The translations under genes and the position numbers were made by a program. A stretch of 64,000 nucleotides of DNA from Eledone cirrhosa (Eukaryota): NCBI GenBank assembly GCA_964016885.1, contig OZ024762.1, positions 4,712,001 to 4,776,000 of the forward strand, written 5' to 3'. Below the pieces are notes generated by a model. The model made no database searches. It worked only from the letters and a program-made list of their open reading frames with translations, and was not told the origin of the DNA. Below, one piece after another: positions 11,317-23,976 of this stretch. Each line of letters begins with the position of its first letter. The stretch's first letter is position 1.

Positions 11317-11867
11317 TTAACCCTTTACCATTTACATTACTCTCTCTCTCTATGATTGATTGATTTCATGATTTCATTTTACATCCGCTTGCAAGGGTGG
11401 GACGGGAACTGATTCTGGCTTGATTTCTACAGCTGGATGCCCTTCCTAGCACCAACCTCATTTACAGTGAGTGCTGGGTGCTTTTTTGCCGTGGCACCTC
11501 CATGACCACTTTACAGTGGAATGATAGGGACCTCAGTCCCTATCATCTCATTTCTACAGCTGAGTAAACTGGAGCAATGTGAAATAAAGTGTCTTGCTCA
11601 AGGAAACAACACATCACCCGGTCTGAGAATTGAACTCACAACCTTTCGATTGCAAGGCCAATGCTCTAACCACTGAGCCATATATATATTGTATTTTCGT
11701 GGTAAAAGCTTTATCTCACATCATATCAAATCTATGAGATTCTGATGTTATTTATGTTGAGAATAATACCTTAATATCAATATGAGTGGCCAGTTATGGA
11801 CAGTTTGAATAGAAAGAGGTGAGAGAATTCTGGTCAGATACAGCCAGTTTAAATGCTAAAGGGTTAA
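11317..11867. mobile_element. piggyBac-type MITE interrupted by a CORE-SINE (11371-11681, minus)
   Basis: TTAACCCTTTA...TAAAGGGTTAA termini; the MITE body resumes after the SINE. Confidence 0.8.
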
Positions 11868-12029
11868 TGCACAATACCTTAGTGTATGTTGGACATAAGA
11901 GTCACTGCTTGTGCTGTGAAATGCAACAATGAAGAAAAGTTGACAACCATACACATACATGCATATATCCTCATCACTGTTTAATATCTATTTTCTATGC
12001 TTGCATGGATCAGATAGGCTGAGTATCCT

Positions 12030-13326
12030 GCAACATACTGGGGAAACTCTACAGTGAGAGGCAACATACTGGGGAAACTCTACAGTGAGAGGCAACATAC
12101 TGGGGAAACTCTACAGTGAGAGGCAACATACTGGGGAAACTCTACAGTGAGAGGCAACATACTGGGGAAACTCTACAGTGAGAGGCAACATACTGGGGAA
12201 ACTCCAGTGAGAGGCAACATACTGGGGAAACTCCACAGTGAGAGGCAACATACTGGGGAAACTCTACAGTGAGAGGCAACATACTGGGGAAACTCTACAG
12301 TGAGGCAACATACTGGGGAAACTCTACAGTGAGAGGCAACATACTGGGGAAACTCTACAGTGAGGCAACATACTGGGGAAACTCCACAGTGAGAGGCAAC
12401 ATACTGGGGAAACTCTACAGTGAGGCAACATACTGGGGAAACTCCACAGTGAGAGGCAACATACTGGGGAAACTCTACAGTGAGAGGCAACATACTGGGG
12501 AAACTCCACAGTGAGAGGCAACATACTGGGGAAACTCCACAGTGAGAGGCAACATACTGGGGAAACTCCACAGTGAGAGGCAACATACTGGGGAAACTCC
12601 ACAGTGAGAGGCAACATACTGGGGAAACTCCACAGTGAGAGGCAACATACTGGGGAAACTCCACAGTGAGAGGCAACATACTGGGGAAACTCCACAGTGA
12701 GAGGCAACATACTGGGGAAACTCCACAGTGAGAGGCAACATACTGGGGAAACTCCACAGTGAGAGGCAACATACTGGGGAAACTCCACAGTGAGAGGCAA
12801 CATACTGGGGAAACTCCACAGTGAGAGGCAACATACTGGGGAAACTCCACAGTGAGAGGCAACATACTGGGGAAACTCTACAGTGAGAGGCAACATACTG
12901 GGGAAACTCCACAGTGAGAGGCAACATACTGGGGAAACTCTACAGTGAGAGGCAACATACTGGGGAAACTCCACAGTGAGAGGCAACATACTGGGGAAAC
13001 TCTACAGTGAGAGGCAACATACTGGGGAAACTCCACAGTGAGAGGCAACATACTGGGGAAACTCCACAGTGAGAGGCAACATACTGGGGAAACTCCACAG
13101 TGAGAGGCAACATACTGGGGAAACTCTACAGTGAGGCAACATACTGGGGAAACTCCACAGTGAGAGGCAACATACTGGGGGAAACTCCACAGTGAGAGGC
13201 AACATACTGGGGAAACTCCACAGTGAGAGGCAACATACTGGGGAAACTCCACAGTGAGAGGCAACATACTGGGGAAACTCCACAGTGAGAGGCAACATAC
13301 TGGGGAAACTCCACAGTGAGAGGCAA
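12030..13326. repeat. 31-bp minisatellite, about 42 copies
   Basis: Unit CAACATACTGGGGAAACTC(C/T)ACAGTGAGAGG, with occasional 29-bp variants. Confidence 0.97.
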
Positions 13327-13401
13327 CTAGATCAGCCACTAATGAACTATTAATCTCTACTATGGTATTGAGTACTCATTCTCATGTTTATCATTACCAC
13401 G

Positions 13402-13434
<33 letters not shown>

Positions 13435-13499
13435 CACACACACACACACATATATATATATATGTACTAAATACACACTTGTTTGACTCCTGAGAAAAA

Positions 13500-13685
13500 A
13501 ACCTTTCCATTTTCTTACTCTTATCTATCCTTCTATTCCTTATTCGCTCTCTCGTTCATCTTCCGATGAAGGACTAATGTCCAAAATGTTAAGACTCCTA
13601 CTATGTCAAACATTAAATTAATATATATCATCATTGTACTGTATTGTCCTCCTATACTGTTTTCCCTTGTTGACATTTTGCATAC
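13500..13685 (+). mobile_element. Penelope-type terminal fragment with a decayed minimal hammerhead
   Basis: TCTT CCGATGA A GGAC TAAT GTCC AAAATGTT AAGA; same context as the better copy at 57682-57717. Confidence 0.55.
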
Positions 13686-13774
13686 ATATGTGTATATATA
13701 TATATATATATGCGAGTATGAATGTGCATGTGTGTGTGCGTGTGTATGTGTTCTATGTATTAAAGCTGGCTTAC

Positions 13775-13834
13775 CTCCATTCCTATCCTGATGTCCTCCA
13801 AGATACCATCAACCACTTGAATAGCGACAAGCTC
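13775..13834 (-). CDS. UPF2: UPF2 coding exon 27 (ELVAIQVVDGILEDIRIGME)
   Basis: VVDG.LEDIR.GME motif; CTACAG| and GAG|GTAAGC. Confidence 0.97.
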
Positions 13835-14134
13835 CTGTAGACAGAAGAGAGAAACTGTAGAGTTACTGTCATACATTTACACAACCTCCACCATTACCAC
13901 CATTTTACAATGTACTGAGAGCATTTCATCATGGCACCACCACTAAAGAAGTTGTCTTGTCCTGGACACAATTAAAGAATCCTCTCTATGGCATGGCATG
14001 GTTTCTAAACCTGGATATCCTTCAAAACACTAACCATTTTACAGAATGTACTATGGGAATGTTATCATGACACCAGCACTAGAGAGGTTGCCATGTCCTC
14101 GACAAGATATATAGATACACATTATCTATATATC

Positions 14135-14560
14135 TTATCCATCGCCTTTAGGTGAGGCAGCAAACACAACTTCACAGCAACAACCTCTGTCAATTCCAGT
14201 GTTTCTTGCTATGGTATCCTGGTATTTGAGCTTTCTGATAGAGATCTCCCACAACAAGAGGTTTGAAACCATCTCATCTTTTGCATGGAAGCAGTGACCA
14301 GCAAACCTTGTACGACATTCAATCAGTTGTGGAATTTTTCTGTATATCTGATAAAGCATGTGATGGGACTGCCAAGGAATATTTTGAGCCTTTCTCAGAA
14401 TGATAGTGTAACATCCATCTAAATGGCTCTATAGACAAGAGTGCATGGCCCAAGTCTCAGAACCCTAGAGAATAGGCTCTATTGTTGTCCTAAACAGGCT
14501 GAGTTTGTTTGGTATATTGGATTTCCAAATTTTATCCAGCTTACGAAAAGCATTTCAGGC
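14135..14560 (-). mobile_element. RTE-like LINE 3' fragment
   Basis: RFAGHCFHAKDEMVSNLLLW peptide, related to the C-terminus of the element at 51690-53465. Confidence 0.75.
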
Positions 14561-14640
14561 TAGAGCCTCTATGTACACAGCCATCCCTGTACTCTGTGTA
14601 AAATGGAATACATTGTTAGGAGAATAGTGACTCTACTTAC

Positions 14641-14742
14641 ATGATATGGGGCTAAGCCAGCCAAGAGGTTGGCAGCACAGTGAATGGAATTGTAACGGAT
14701 ATTCCAAACAGCTGTCAGGCACTTGGTAGCATAGAATGCAAC
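14641..14742 (-). CDS. UPF2: UPF2 coding exon 26 (VAFYATKCLTAVWNIRYNSIHCAANLLAGLAPYH)
   Basis: YNSIHC.ANLLAGL motif; TTGCAG| and CAT|GTAAGT. Confidence 0.97.
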
Positions 14743-15518
14743 CTGCAATGGGAACAAGAGGAAAAACATGAACATCGAGATATAAATAATAGCAATGGTG
14801 TATACTTTAGGCACAAGGCCAGCAATTTGGGTAGAGGTGGGAGAGAAAGATGATTAAATTAACCCCAGTATTTGACTGGTGCTTTATTTTATTAACCCCC
14901 AAAAGGTGGAAAGGAAAGGCCAACCTCTGCAAGATTAGAACTCAGAACCATAAAAAAGCACAAAGAATTTTGTCAGACACTCTACCAAATCAAACAACAT
15001 TCATTTTAATTTCATTTTCCCCTAAAACTGAGAGACCCATGAAAGGCCTCATACTCATCTTATGGTAATTTTTCAAGCAATGTTTTACAGTCATTTTATC
15101 AAACACCACATTACATTTTATCAAACACCATATGGTATTTTATCAAACACTACATATCATTTTATCAAACAGCACATGTCAGAAGACCAGAACACCACAA
15201 GATATCTCAATTGATACTCCACCGATCCAATGGAAAGAATGAAAAAGTCAACAAAGTAGAGTTCATTGTCTAATTGGGTATTAAATATAGTTTCTGATAT
15301 AGAAGAGAAGGGGGAAAAGTTGATTAAATCAACCCCAGTTCATTACTGGTACTTCATTTTATCAACCTGGTAAGGATGAAAGGCAAAGCTAACCTCAATG
15401 AGGTTTTAAACTCGGGTAAAGAAACATAACTATATGCCACAAAGCATGTTGTCCAATGCTCTACCAACTCTGCCTATGTAAATATAGAGAAAGGGTTAAA
15501 TATAGATTGGTATCTTAC

Positions 15519-15560
15519 CTCTGGATCATCCCAATCTAATTTCCTCATCTGTCGTAACAC
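15519..15560 (-). CDS. UPF2: UPF2 coding exon 25 (VLRQMRKLDWDDPE)
   Basis: VLRQMRKL.W motif; GACAG| and GAG|GTAAGA. Confidence 0.96.
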
Positions 15561-15689
15561 CTGTCAAATGAAACATGACAAATATTTGAAAAGAACTAAA
15601 TTCAACAATTGGAGCATGTCCACTGAAATATCTGAGGTCTTTCAGTGGACATAAAGTGGTCAGCTAGATCATGTGAGGAAACATTTAGA

Positions 15690-16210
15690 CCTCTACTACT
15701 ACTACTACAACTACTATAACTACTACTAGTAGTAGTCCTACTACCACCACCACCACTATTACTACCAATACTACTACTACCACCACCACCACCACTACTT
15801 CTACTACCACCACCATTACTTGATATACTACAAAGTATACCATATCCATACACCATTACTGGATATACCACTGATATCACATATCCTTACATCACTACTG
15901 GATATACACAGATATTACATATCCATACATTAGTGGATACACAAGATATACCATGGATATTACATAGCCACACATTATCATTGGATATACCATTAGATAA
16001 ACCACTGATATTACATATCCTTACATTAGATAAACCACTGATATCATATCCTTACATTAGATAAACCACTGATTTCACACATCTTTAGATCACTACTGGA
16101 TATACCACTGATATTATATATCCATACATTAGTGGATATACTTCAAGATATACCACTGATATTACATATCCACACATCTTTATTGGATATACCATTAGAT
16201 ATACCACATT
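15690..16210. repeat. (ACT/ACC)n tract followed by a degenerate GGATATACCACTGATATTACATATCC minisatellite
   Basis: Direct inspection. Confidence 0.8.
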
Positions 16211-16540
16211 AGAGGCACTCCATCGGTTACGACGAGTGCTGCAGTTGATCCGATCAACGGAACAGCCTGCTTGTGAAATTAATGTACAAGTGGCTGAGCA
16301 TTCCACAAACACGCGAACCCATAATGTAGTTCTCAGGGAGATTCAGCATGACACAGAATATGACAAGGCTAGCCCTTTGAATTACAGGTACAACTCATTT
16401 TTTACCATTTGAGATATACCACAGATATACCATACCCATACATTAGATATACAACTACTATTACTTATCCATAAATCACTACTGGATATACCACAAGATA
16501 CTACACAAAAAAATATAAAGATATAGATGGAATTAATGGT

Positions 16541-16825
16541 GGGAGGAGTGTGGCCTAGTGGTAAGGGTTTTGTACTTATGATCCTATCATAGGTTCAATT
16601 CCAGGACTGGGTTGCGTGTTGCGTCCTTGAGCAAAACACTTCATTTCACGTTGCTCCAGTATTCTCAGCTGAAAATGAGTACCAGCAGTAGGTGGGGGTT
16701 TAACTCTGCGATGGACTGATGTCCTGTCCAGATGAAAGTCGTGTACTCTCAATCATTTCATGCCATGGAAAGCAGGTTTAGCACCGGCCTAATGAGCCTC
16801 CGGGCTTGGGACAGACTTTAGACTT
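16541..16825 (+). mobile_element. CORE-type SINE with AGACTTTAGACT tail
   Basis: A box TGGCCTAGTGG, B box GGTTCAATTCC, CORE-like centre. Copies at about 18330-18610(-), 26205-26412(+), 26958-27240(+), 33870-34135(-) and 44535-44800(-). Confidence 0.82.
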
Positions 16826-16883
16826 AAAGTTGTCTAGCTTGGTATATAAAAAAATAAACAGGAGGTGGAGGTGTTGTTCTCAC

Positions 16884-17069
16884 CTTTTCTGTGGTGACCT
16901 TTGACAGATCTTTGTATAGTAGCTTGCGTATATATTCGTGCATAGGAGGGCGTATTTTCTTCACCATTTGGGGTACTTCTGGCGGGTTGCTGTAGTAATA
17001 AGCATTTTCTATCATAGTGATGTACCGACTATCCAAGTGAAGAGCAGCTTTTTTCCGCATCACCACATC
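16884..17069 (-). CDS. UPF2: UPF2 coding exon 24 (DVVMRKKAALHLDSRYITMIENAYYYSNPP...SKVTTEK)
   Basis: ENAYYY.NPP and RKLLYKDLSKVTTEK motifs; CCCAG| and AAG|GTGAGA. Confidence 0.97.
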
Positions 17070-18141
17070 CTGGGAAATGACAGAAGAGGAGAAATTATCT
17101 ATATACTACTAAAACTCTGTGATTGTGTGCTTGTCTGTAATCTAATACAGCCAAAACTGTGCATAATGGGAAAATACTTTGAAAGGAAGTTGCCCCTGAA
17201 ATGGGAATACAAATAGAATAAAACAAGTTTCGTGTAAATCGGAGCATGGGTTCCCGAGATACAGGGTTTTCCTGGGTACCTTCATAACTAGCCGACAGCT
17301 CCATGATAACCAATAACTCTCTCTCTATATATATATATTACTAACATGTCACGAGTAGTTTAGTATTCAATAAAGTCAACCCATCACCACCATCAAGTCT
17401 TCTCTCTTGCACGCACAACACCTGACTCTGCATTCATTCAGTTTTTATATATATTGGTTTCTGATTTAGGCACAAAACCAACAATTTTGGGGAGGGGAAA
17501 GTCAATTAAATTGACCCTAGTGCATTACTGGTACTTTATTTTATCAACCCCTTAAGAATGAAAGGTAAAGCTAACCTCGGGAGAATTAAAACTCAGATCA
17601 CAAAGGGACGTAACCCTATGCCATAAAGCACATTGTCCGACACTCTACTAATACTGCCAATCCACTGCCAGTTCTTATATATATTAAGAGTATTTTTCAG
17701 CCATATCAAGGACACGACAACCTCCCTAGTGCTGACACCATAATAAAATACACTCAGTACACTCTGTAGAGTGGTTGGCATCCAGCTGTAGAAACCATAC
17801 CAAAACTGGAACATAAGTGGGACATGATCATTGAACCAGTCTAAGTAGCATTAAGTACTGACTTGATTAGTAACAAACCATCCAGTCCAAGCCTGTATAG
17901 GAAAATGGACGTGAAATGATATGTATATGTTTATATGTGCGTCCATATCTATGTGTATGTTTACAGTTTATGTTTCATAACTTAGATGTTAGACAAACAG
18001 ATTAATAAAATAAGTTCCAGACTTGAAAAAAAAAAAAATGAAATAAAATACTAGAGTCAATATGATCAATTAAATCCTTTAAGGCCATGCTACAGCATGG
18101 CCACAGTCTAATGACTCTAGTAGAAATTGTAATAAACTTAC

Positions 18142-18258
18142 AAGATAGACTTTGGTTCTGTGATGAGAGTCCATTTGTCTGTAGAGATAGCGCCCACATG
18201 TTTCAAGCAGGGCACAAGCCATCTCAATATTGTGGTGAGAGAAATCCATTAGTAAATT
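18142..18258 (-). CDS. UPF2: UPF2 coding exon 23 (NLLMDFSHHNIEMACALLETCGRYLYRQMDSHHRTKVYL)
   Basis: Highly conserved MIF4G-2 segment; TTTCAG| and CTT|GTAAGT. Confidence 0.97.
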
Positions 18259-19353
18259 CTGAAAAAGAAAAAGGAGATAAAACAAAACAGTGAGTGACAA
18301 AAACCAGTTTTTCCATATCTAGCACTAAAAGTCTAAAGTCTGTCTGGAGCCCAGAGGCTCATCAGGCTAGTGCTTATCCTGGTTTCCATGGTGTTAAGTG
18401 ACTGAGAGTACAGGACTTCTCTCCTGGACAGGACGCTAGTCCATCACAGGGTTAAACTCCCAGCTACTACTGGTGCTTATTTTCAGCTGAGTATACTGGA
18501 GCAATGTGTAATGAATTGTTTTGCTTAAGAAGACAACACACAGCCCAGTCCAGGACTCGAACCCATGACATTATGATCATAAGTCCAACACCCTTACCAC
18601 TAAGCCACCACAGGTTTGGAAAAACCCTAGAATTTATGGCAGTTCCATGAGAAATAAGTAGATGAGTGTACAAAACTGTTCCCTTCTGGACAGGATGCTA
18701 GTCTATCTTAGGGTTAATCTCCAGCTGAAACTGGTTCTCATCTTGAGTAACATGAAATGAAGTATCTTGCTTAAGGACACAATACATCACCCAGGAATGT
18801 AACTCACAACCTCATGATTGTCAGCCTAACAACTAAGCCATATGTCTTTATAACAGATAAAATCACTTGCAGTCTGTTTTGTTACGGTGTATGAAACAGC
18901 TGAAGTTACAATCTCCCTCAGGTGGTGTAACCAGCACACAGTAGTGGGATTACGGTGTGGGAGCTCCATATTTGCAGCAGAGTATAGACCTGGGAACTCA
19001 GTATATATTCAGTAAGAATGAAACATATATCTAGCAGGCAGCTCTTAACCACTCTACCCACCTTCCGTATACTTCCCATGCCCCAACACCCACCCACTTT
19101 TGTCCACACCACCCTTACACTGTAAAGTATATCTATCACAACAAAAGGCATCCAGCCCACACTACAAAGTGGTTATGTAGAAGTCACAACAGAAAGCAAC
19201 TAGCAGACACTGTAAATGTGGTTGGCATTAGGAAGTGCATCCAGCCATAGAAACCAACTTGCCTCCAATGAGACAACCTGCCTAACCCATGCTAGTGTGG
19301 AAAATGGCCATTAAACGATGATGATGATATATATAAATATATTCATATTTTAC

Positions 19354-19409
19354 CTTAAGACAAAACAGGGTCTCTGTCTTTGGGAACATCTTAAACTTCA
19401 CAAGTTCAC
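19354..19409 (-). CDS. UPF2: UPF2 coding exon 22 (ELVKFKMFPKTETLFCLK)
   Basis: Completes FIGEL.KF; GATAG| and AAG|GTAAAA. Confidence 0.95.
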
Positions 19410-19822
19410 CTATCAATAAAACAAAAATAAAATATTGGAGAAAGCTATATATATATATAAAAATAAACTAACCATATAAATAATTGTTTCTATTTTAGGC
19501 ACAAGGCCAGCAATTACCTAGTACATTACTGGTACTTTATTTTATCGACCCCGTAAGGATGAAAGGCAAAGTTAACCTCAGCCGGATTTGACCATATAAA
19601 TAATGAATCAAATTTGTAAAAGTGAAAATATTAAAATATTCCATTTCGAACAGCAACATCTCCATCTACAATTAATTATACCGGAAAATTGTTGCGATGA
19701 TGACAAGATTGTGAGGTCATGGGTTCAATCCTCAGGTCAGGCAGCTTGTCTTTCAACTGAGTGGACTGGAGCAATATGAAATGATGTCTTGCTCAAGAAC
19801 ACGCATACTATACTGTCTAGGG

Positions 19823-20036
19823 TTTAATCCTTTAGCATTTACATTACTCTATATTTACTATTGTATTTTCACGGTAAAGGCTTTATCTCATATATCGAAT
19901 TTATGAGATTTTGATATTATTTATTTTGAGAACAATACTTTAACATCAGTGTGAGGGGCTGGTTACAGCTGGTTTGAACAGAAAGAGGTGAGAGAATTCT
20001 GGCTGGATATGGCCGATTTACATGCTAAAGGGTTAA
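19823..20036. mobile_element. piggyBac-type MITE
   Basis: TTAA(T/C)CCTTTAGCATTTA ... TGCTAAAGGGTTAA. Other copies at 21267-21476, 32671-32886, 36734-37161 (with a SINE inserted) and 44225-44453; partial copies at 2172, 21983 and 61600. Confidence 0.85.
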
Positions 20037-20833
20037 ACTATGCTAATAATATTGAAACACTGTGTGTATCCTGGTTTTAAAAATAGATACCCTATAACCC
20101 TGAGGCAACTAAAATAGTTGGCATCAGGAAAGGTATCCTGCTCTAAAACATTGTCTCAGAACATCCCATGGTACCCATGGCATGGTTGGGTTGTTGTGCT
20201 CACTATCATAAGCTCGTGGGTTTGATTCCTGAACTGTGTAAGACATATGTCCTTGAGCAAGACACATCATTTCTCATTGCTCTAGTCCAATCAGCTGAAA
20301 AATCTAAGTACTACCAGCAGCTGTAGGTCATCCCTATAATGGTTGGTGTCTTATCCAGGGGAAGGTCATGTCATCTCAATCACAATGAAACCTAGATAAG
20401 CTCCAGCCTGATGAACTTCTGTTCTTGAGGAAGACTTTAGCATTTTTTAAATATTGATATTCGCCTTCCATCTATTGGCCATTTCCAAGGGAGATAACTA
20501 TGTTCTGAGTTTGATCCCTTGGTGACACGACACAGAGCACCCAATCCAACCTGACAGTTGGTAATTTTGGTGCCCTGATATAAAGCACCCAGTCCACACT
20601 GTAAATTTGGTTGGTATTAGGAAGAGTATCCAGTCATAGAAACCAAGCCAGAAACAGTTCTGTAGGAACACGATGCAGTCATCTGATCTGACTGTCTAAC
20701 AGCAGGACAACTCGTCTAACCTATGCTAACCTGGAAAAATGGACATTACACAGTGATGATGATGATGATGATCCACAGATTGATACATAAAAGAAGAAAA
20801 AAACAAATTTAGAGAAACTAAAATCTTACTAAC

Positions 20834-20891
20834 CAATAAAACGGACAGTTTTCAACTTCGATTCAATGTTAATTTGGTCCTTCTTGCGTAC
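20834..20891 (-). CDS. UPF2: UPF2 coding exon 21 (VRKKDQINIESKLKTVRFI)
   Basis: KKDQINIE motif; GTCCAG| and G|GTTAGT. Confidence 0.96.
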
Positions 20892-21828
20892 CTGGACAAA
20901 AGTTAAAAACATAAAATCACCAGGTGAGCAAATAGTTATTTAGTTCTGTAAAAGAGAATATACTACATGTATACATGAGAATACCAGACTAAGGCTATGG
21001 TAAAAATGGAATAACAACTAGAACTTCTGTATATACTTCAATATAAGCTGATCAAAATATAAGCTGACCCCGTCCCAGCCACTATATTATGTCTGATAAA
21101 TGGGCAAAAATCCAAACCCCTTTTATAAGCCAAGGCAGCTAACCAACACATTATGTTAAGATGGTGAATTTAAGTACCCTCCCGCCTCATTTTACCATCA
21201 ACATTTTTTTTATCACATATTCCTCAGCTTGTGATACATCAAGTCGCATACATTGATTACTGTGTAAACCTTTAGCATTTAAACCGGCTGTATACAGCCA
21301 GAATTCTCTCACCTCTTTCTGTCCAAACCAGCTGTAACTGGCCACTCATACTGATGTTACGGTTTTGTTCTCAAAATAAATATCAAAATCTCATAGATTC
21401 GATATTATGTGAGATAAAGTGTTTACTGTGAAAATACAATAGTAAATATAGAGTAAAGTAAATGCTAAAGGGTTAAATAGATGTGATGTATTAGTTCTAC
21501 CAATGGTCTTTGTGGCTGAGTAGTGTAAACAAGATCACATCCTGGAGAATAAAAAACAGCAGAAGGACACCTAGGAGTCATGACCTATATGGGCCCGGCT
21601 CCCTTAAAGTGTTAGGAGGAATCAAGGACTGAAATACTTGCTTAATGGGAGTTCTTCCTCTGAAGACCCTCCTGCTGCCTGCTTGACCTGTCGTGAGTTT
21701 CTGCGAACTTGAGGTCCATGAAACCAATCGAAAAACTCTTGAAAGTCGAGCTCCAGCATGGTTGCAGCCCAACAGACTGAAACCAAGAATAACAGAATGA
21801 AGGAACAAATAGAAAGGAAAGTACTTAC

Positions 21829-21937
21829 ATGCCATCGAAAGTCACCTTTCAGTAAATGCACGAGATCATTGGCGACATCAGGCATACACGGGTAAAGGGT
21901 AGCCACAAGTCGGGAGTAAAATGGTAGCAGGTCATAT
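21829..21937 (-). CDS. UPF2: UPF2 coding exon 20 (YDLLPFYSRLVATLYPCMPDVANDLVHLLKGDFRWH)
   Basis: DLLPFY.RLVATL motif; TTTCAG| and CAT|GTAAGT. Confidence 0.97.
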
Positions 21938-22341
21938 CTGAAAATAAATCACGGAAGGAATTTATTAACGTATTATTTATATTTAACCCTTTAGCATTTA
22001 AACCGGCCGCTCATACTGACGTTAAAGTATTGTTCTCAATATAAATAATATTCAAAATCCCATTGTTAAGTGGTCGTGTAGGTCACAACAAAAAAGCATC
22101 CAGTCCACACTGTAAAGTGGTTGTGGAGGTGCCACGGCAAAAAAGCACCCAGCACTCACTGTAAATGAGGTTGGTGTTAGGAAGGGCATCCAGTTGTAGA
22201 AATCAACCCAGAATCAGTTCTGCATGAGCAAGACATGGTCACCTGACCTGGCATTGCCCACAACAGGACAACCCGTCTAACCTATGCTAGCATGGAAAAA
22301 AAGAACGTAAAATGATGATGACGATGATATATATATATATA

Positions 22342-22482
22342 TTAGAAATTAGAAATTATAAGCTTTCACCGTATTTTAGACTAAAGAAATTTCTAGCCTG
22401 ATAGTGGGGTTTATAACCCTCGGAGAAATGGAAATTTATTTAATCTAAAATACGGTGAAAGCTTATAATTTCTAATTTCTAA
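22342..22482. repeat. Long inverted repeat with 39-bp perfect arms
   Basis: TTAGAAATTAGAAATTATAAGCTTTCACCGTATTTTAGA and its exact reverse complement at 22444-22482. Confidence 0.9.
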
Positions 22483-22533
22483 CTCGCGCACCGTTTCAAA
22501 AACATACTTACATGTTTACGTTTATAATTTGCT

Positions 22534-22569
<36 letters not shown>

Positions 22570-22846
22570 TGGAGTTTCTCAGTTCCAGACGGATGCACTG
22601 GGTTTCTATGATTCTGATATGTATATATATGGTTGATAACAGCTATAGAACATATACAAACATGCCTTGTAAATGTAAATACAGATACACAAACACAAAC
22701 ACATGTATGTATATGTTTACATGTGTGTGTGTGTGTATAATCCAAAACCTTGTTAAATTTATACACATATGGAATACTATTTATTCCTTCCATAAATCAA
22801 TGGGTTATGTATTGGTACTACTGATGTAAAAAGTATATCTACCCAC

Positions 22847-22932
22847 CTAGTTCTATGTACTGTGAACAGAGTCCTGACCAGTTTCTTTCTATTTGTCTTT
22901 GTATTGAAGTTCATACAGAAATCAACAGCATT
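22847..22932 (-). CDS. UPF2: UPF2 coding exon 19 (NAVDFCMNFNTKTNRKKLVRTLFTVHRT)
   Basis: DFCMN.NTK.NRKKLVR motif; TTTCAG| and AG|GTGGGT. Confidence 0.96.
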
Positions 22933-23881
22933 CTGAAAAGTTAATAAATACAGTTTACATCATAAAACTGTTCTGGGAAGTGGCTTAAACTTAAAATAAC
23001 AGAGGATAAATGAAGTTTAGGTAAGTTGAGAGAAAAACTGGGTTAGAAGAGGAATCAAATGTAGAGTGTAAGAGAGGAGACTGAACTGGAATAGACATGT
23101 CACACATATGGATAACTGGGTTATATGACATGGTATGGTATAGTATGTTCCCGTAACTCCTGATGGAGTTGTAAGGGCACCATATTGACATACAGGGTTT
23201 CTTGGGCACTTTTAAACCTGGCGGAGCTGATTCCTCTCCAGGCCTGAATACAGAGAAGGATAGAGAGTGAGAAAATGAGAAAGAGATCTAAAAGAAGAAT
23301 TGACACTATACCAAACCACACCATACACCCCACCATACCATACAACATAGAAAGAGGATATGCAGGAAAAGACCTGCTCCATACAACATGGAAAAACAGG
23401 GATTTTCAGACAAGTGATTGTTCAGCACCTCCTTTAATCCAGACACAATTATGAACACCAACAACATATTTGTCTAAGAAATATCATCATCATCATTTTT
23501 ATGTCCATTGTTCCACACTTGCATGGGTTGGACAGGTTCTATTCAGCACAGCATCTCTCCACTCGTCGTGTTCCTTCATCACCTCTGTGAGATCTGCTCT
23601 CACCATCTCCACCCAAGTGGCTTCCTTCAACTGGGATTTTCTGACACTTCTTCACCCAGTGATCATCATCCATGTACATCACATCGTACCGATGTAGTCT
23701 TCTCTCCTACACACCACATCTGATTCCACTTAAACCCAGTTTCTCCCTCAGTTTCTCCAAGCCCTGCCTTTCTCTCACATTTACATTGCACATCTAACAA
23801 AGTATGGCTATATCATTTCTCTCCAGCCTACACTTGTCCTCTCACAACAATAGATAATCCGAAGCATGACTGAAATGGTAC

Positions 23882-23976
23882 CTTATCAATGAGTTCTCTG
23901 TTGACACAATTTGGTAAAGACTGCAGGAACGTATCAAACTGTGCTTTCATTAGATGACCCGTATCACCTTCTTCTT
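23882..23976 (-). CDS. UPF2: UPF2 coding exon 18 (EEGDTGHLMKAQFDTFLQSLPNCVNRELIDK)
   Basis: LPNCVNR.LID motif at the start of MIF4G-2; TTACAG| and AAG|GTACCA. Confidence 0.95.

Noticed and set aside
12173-13339. Overlapping repetitive ORFs (MLPLTVEFPQYVASHCGVSPVCC...)
   Set aside because: Translations of the 31-bp minisatellite.
21622-21828. In-frame read-through of exon 20 as an alternative C-terminus
   Set aside because: A strong GTAAGT donor is present, the extension has no recognisable features, and it includes a SINE-tail fragment. Likely chance.
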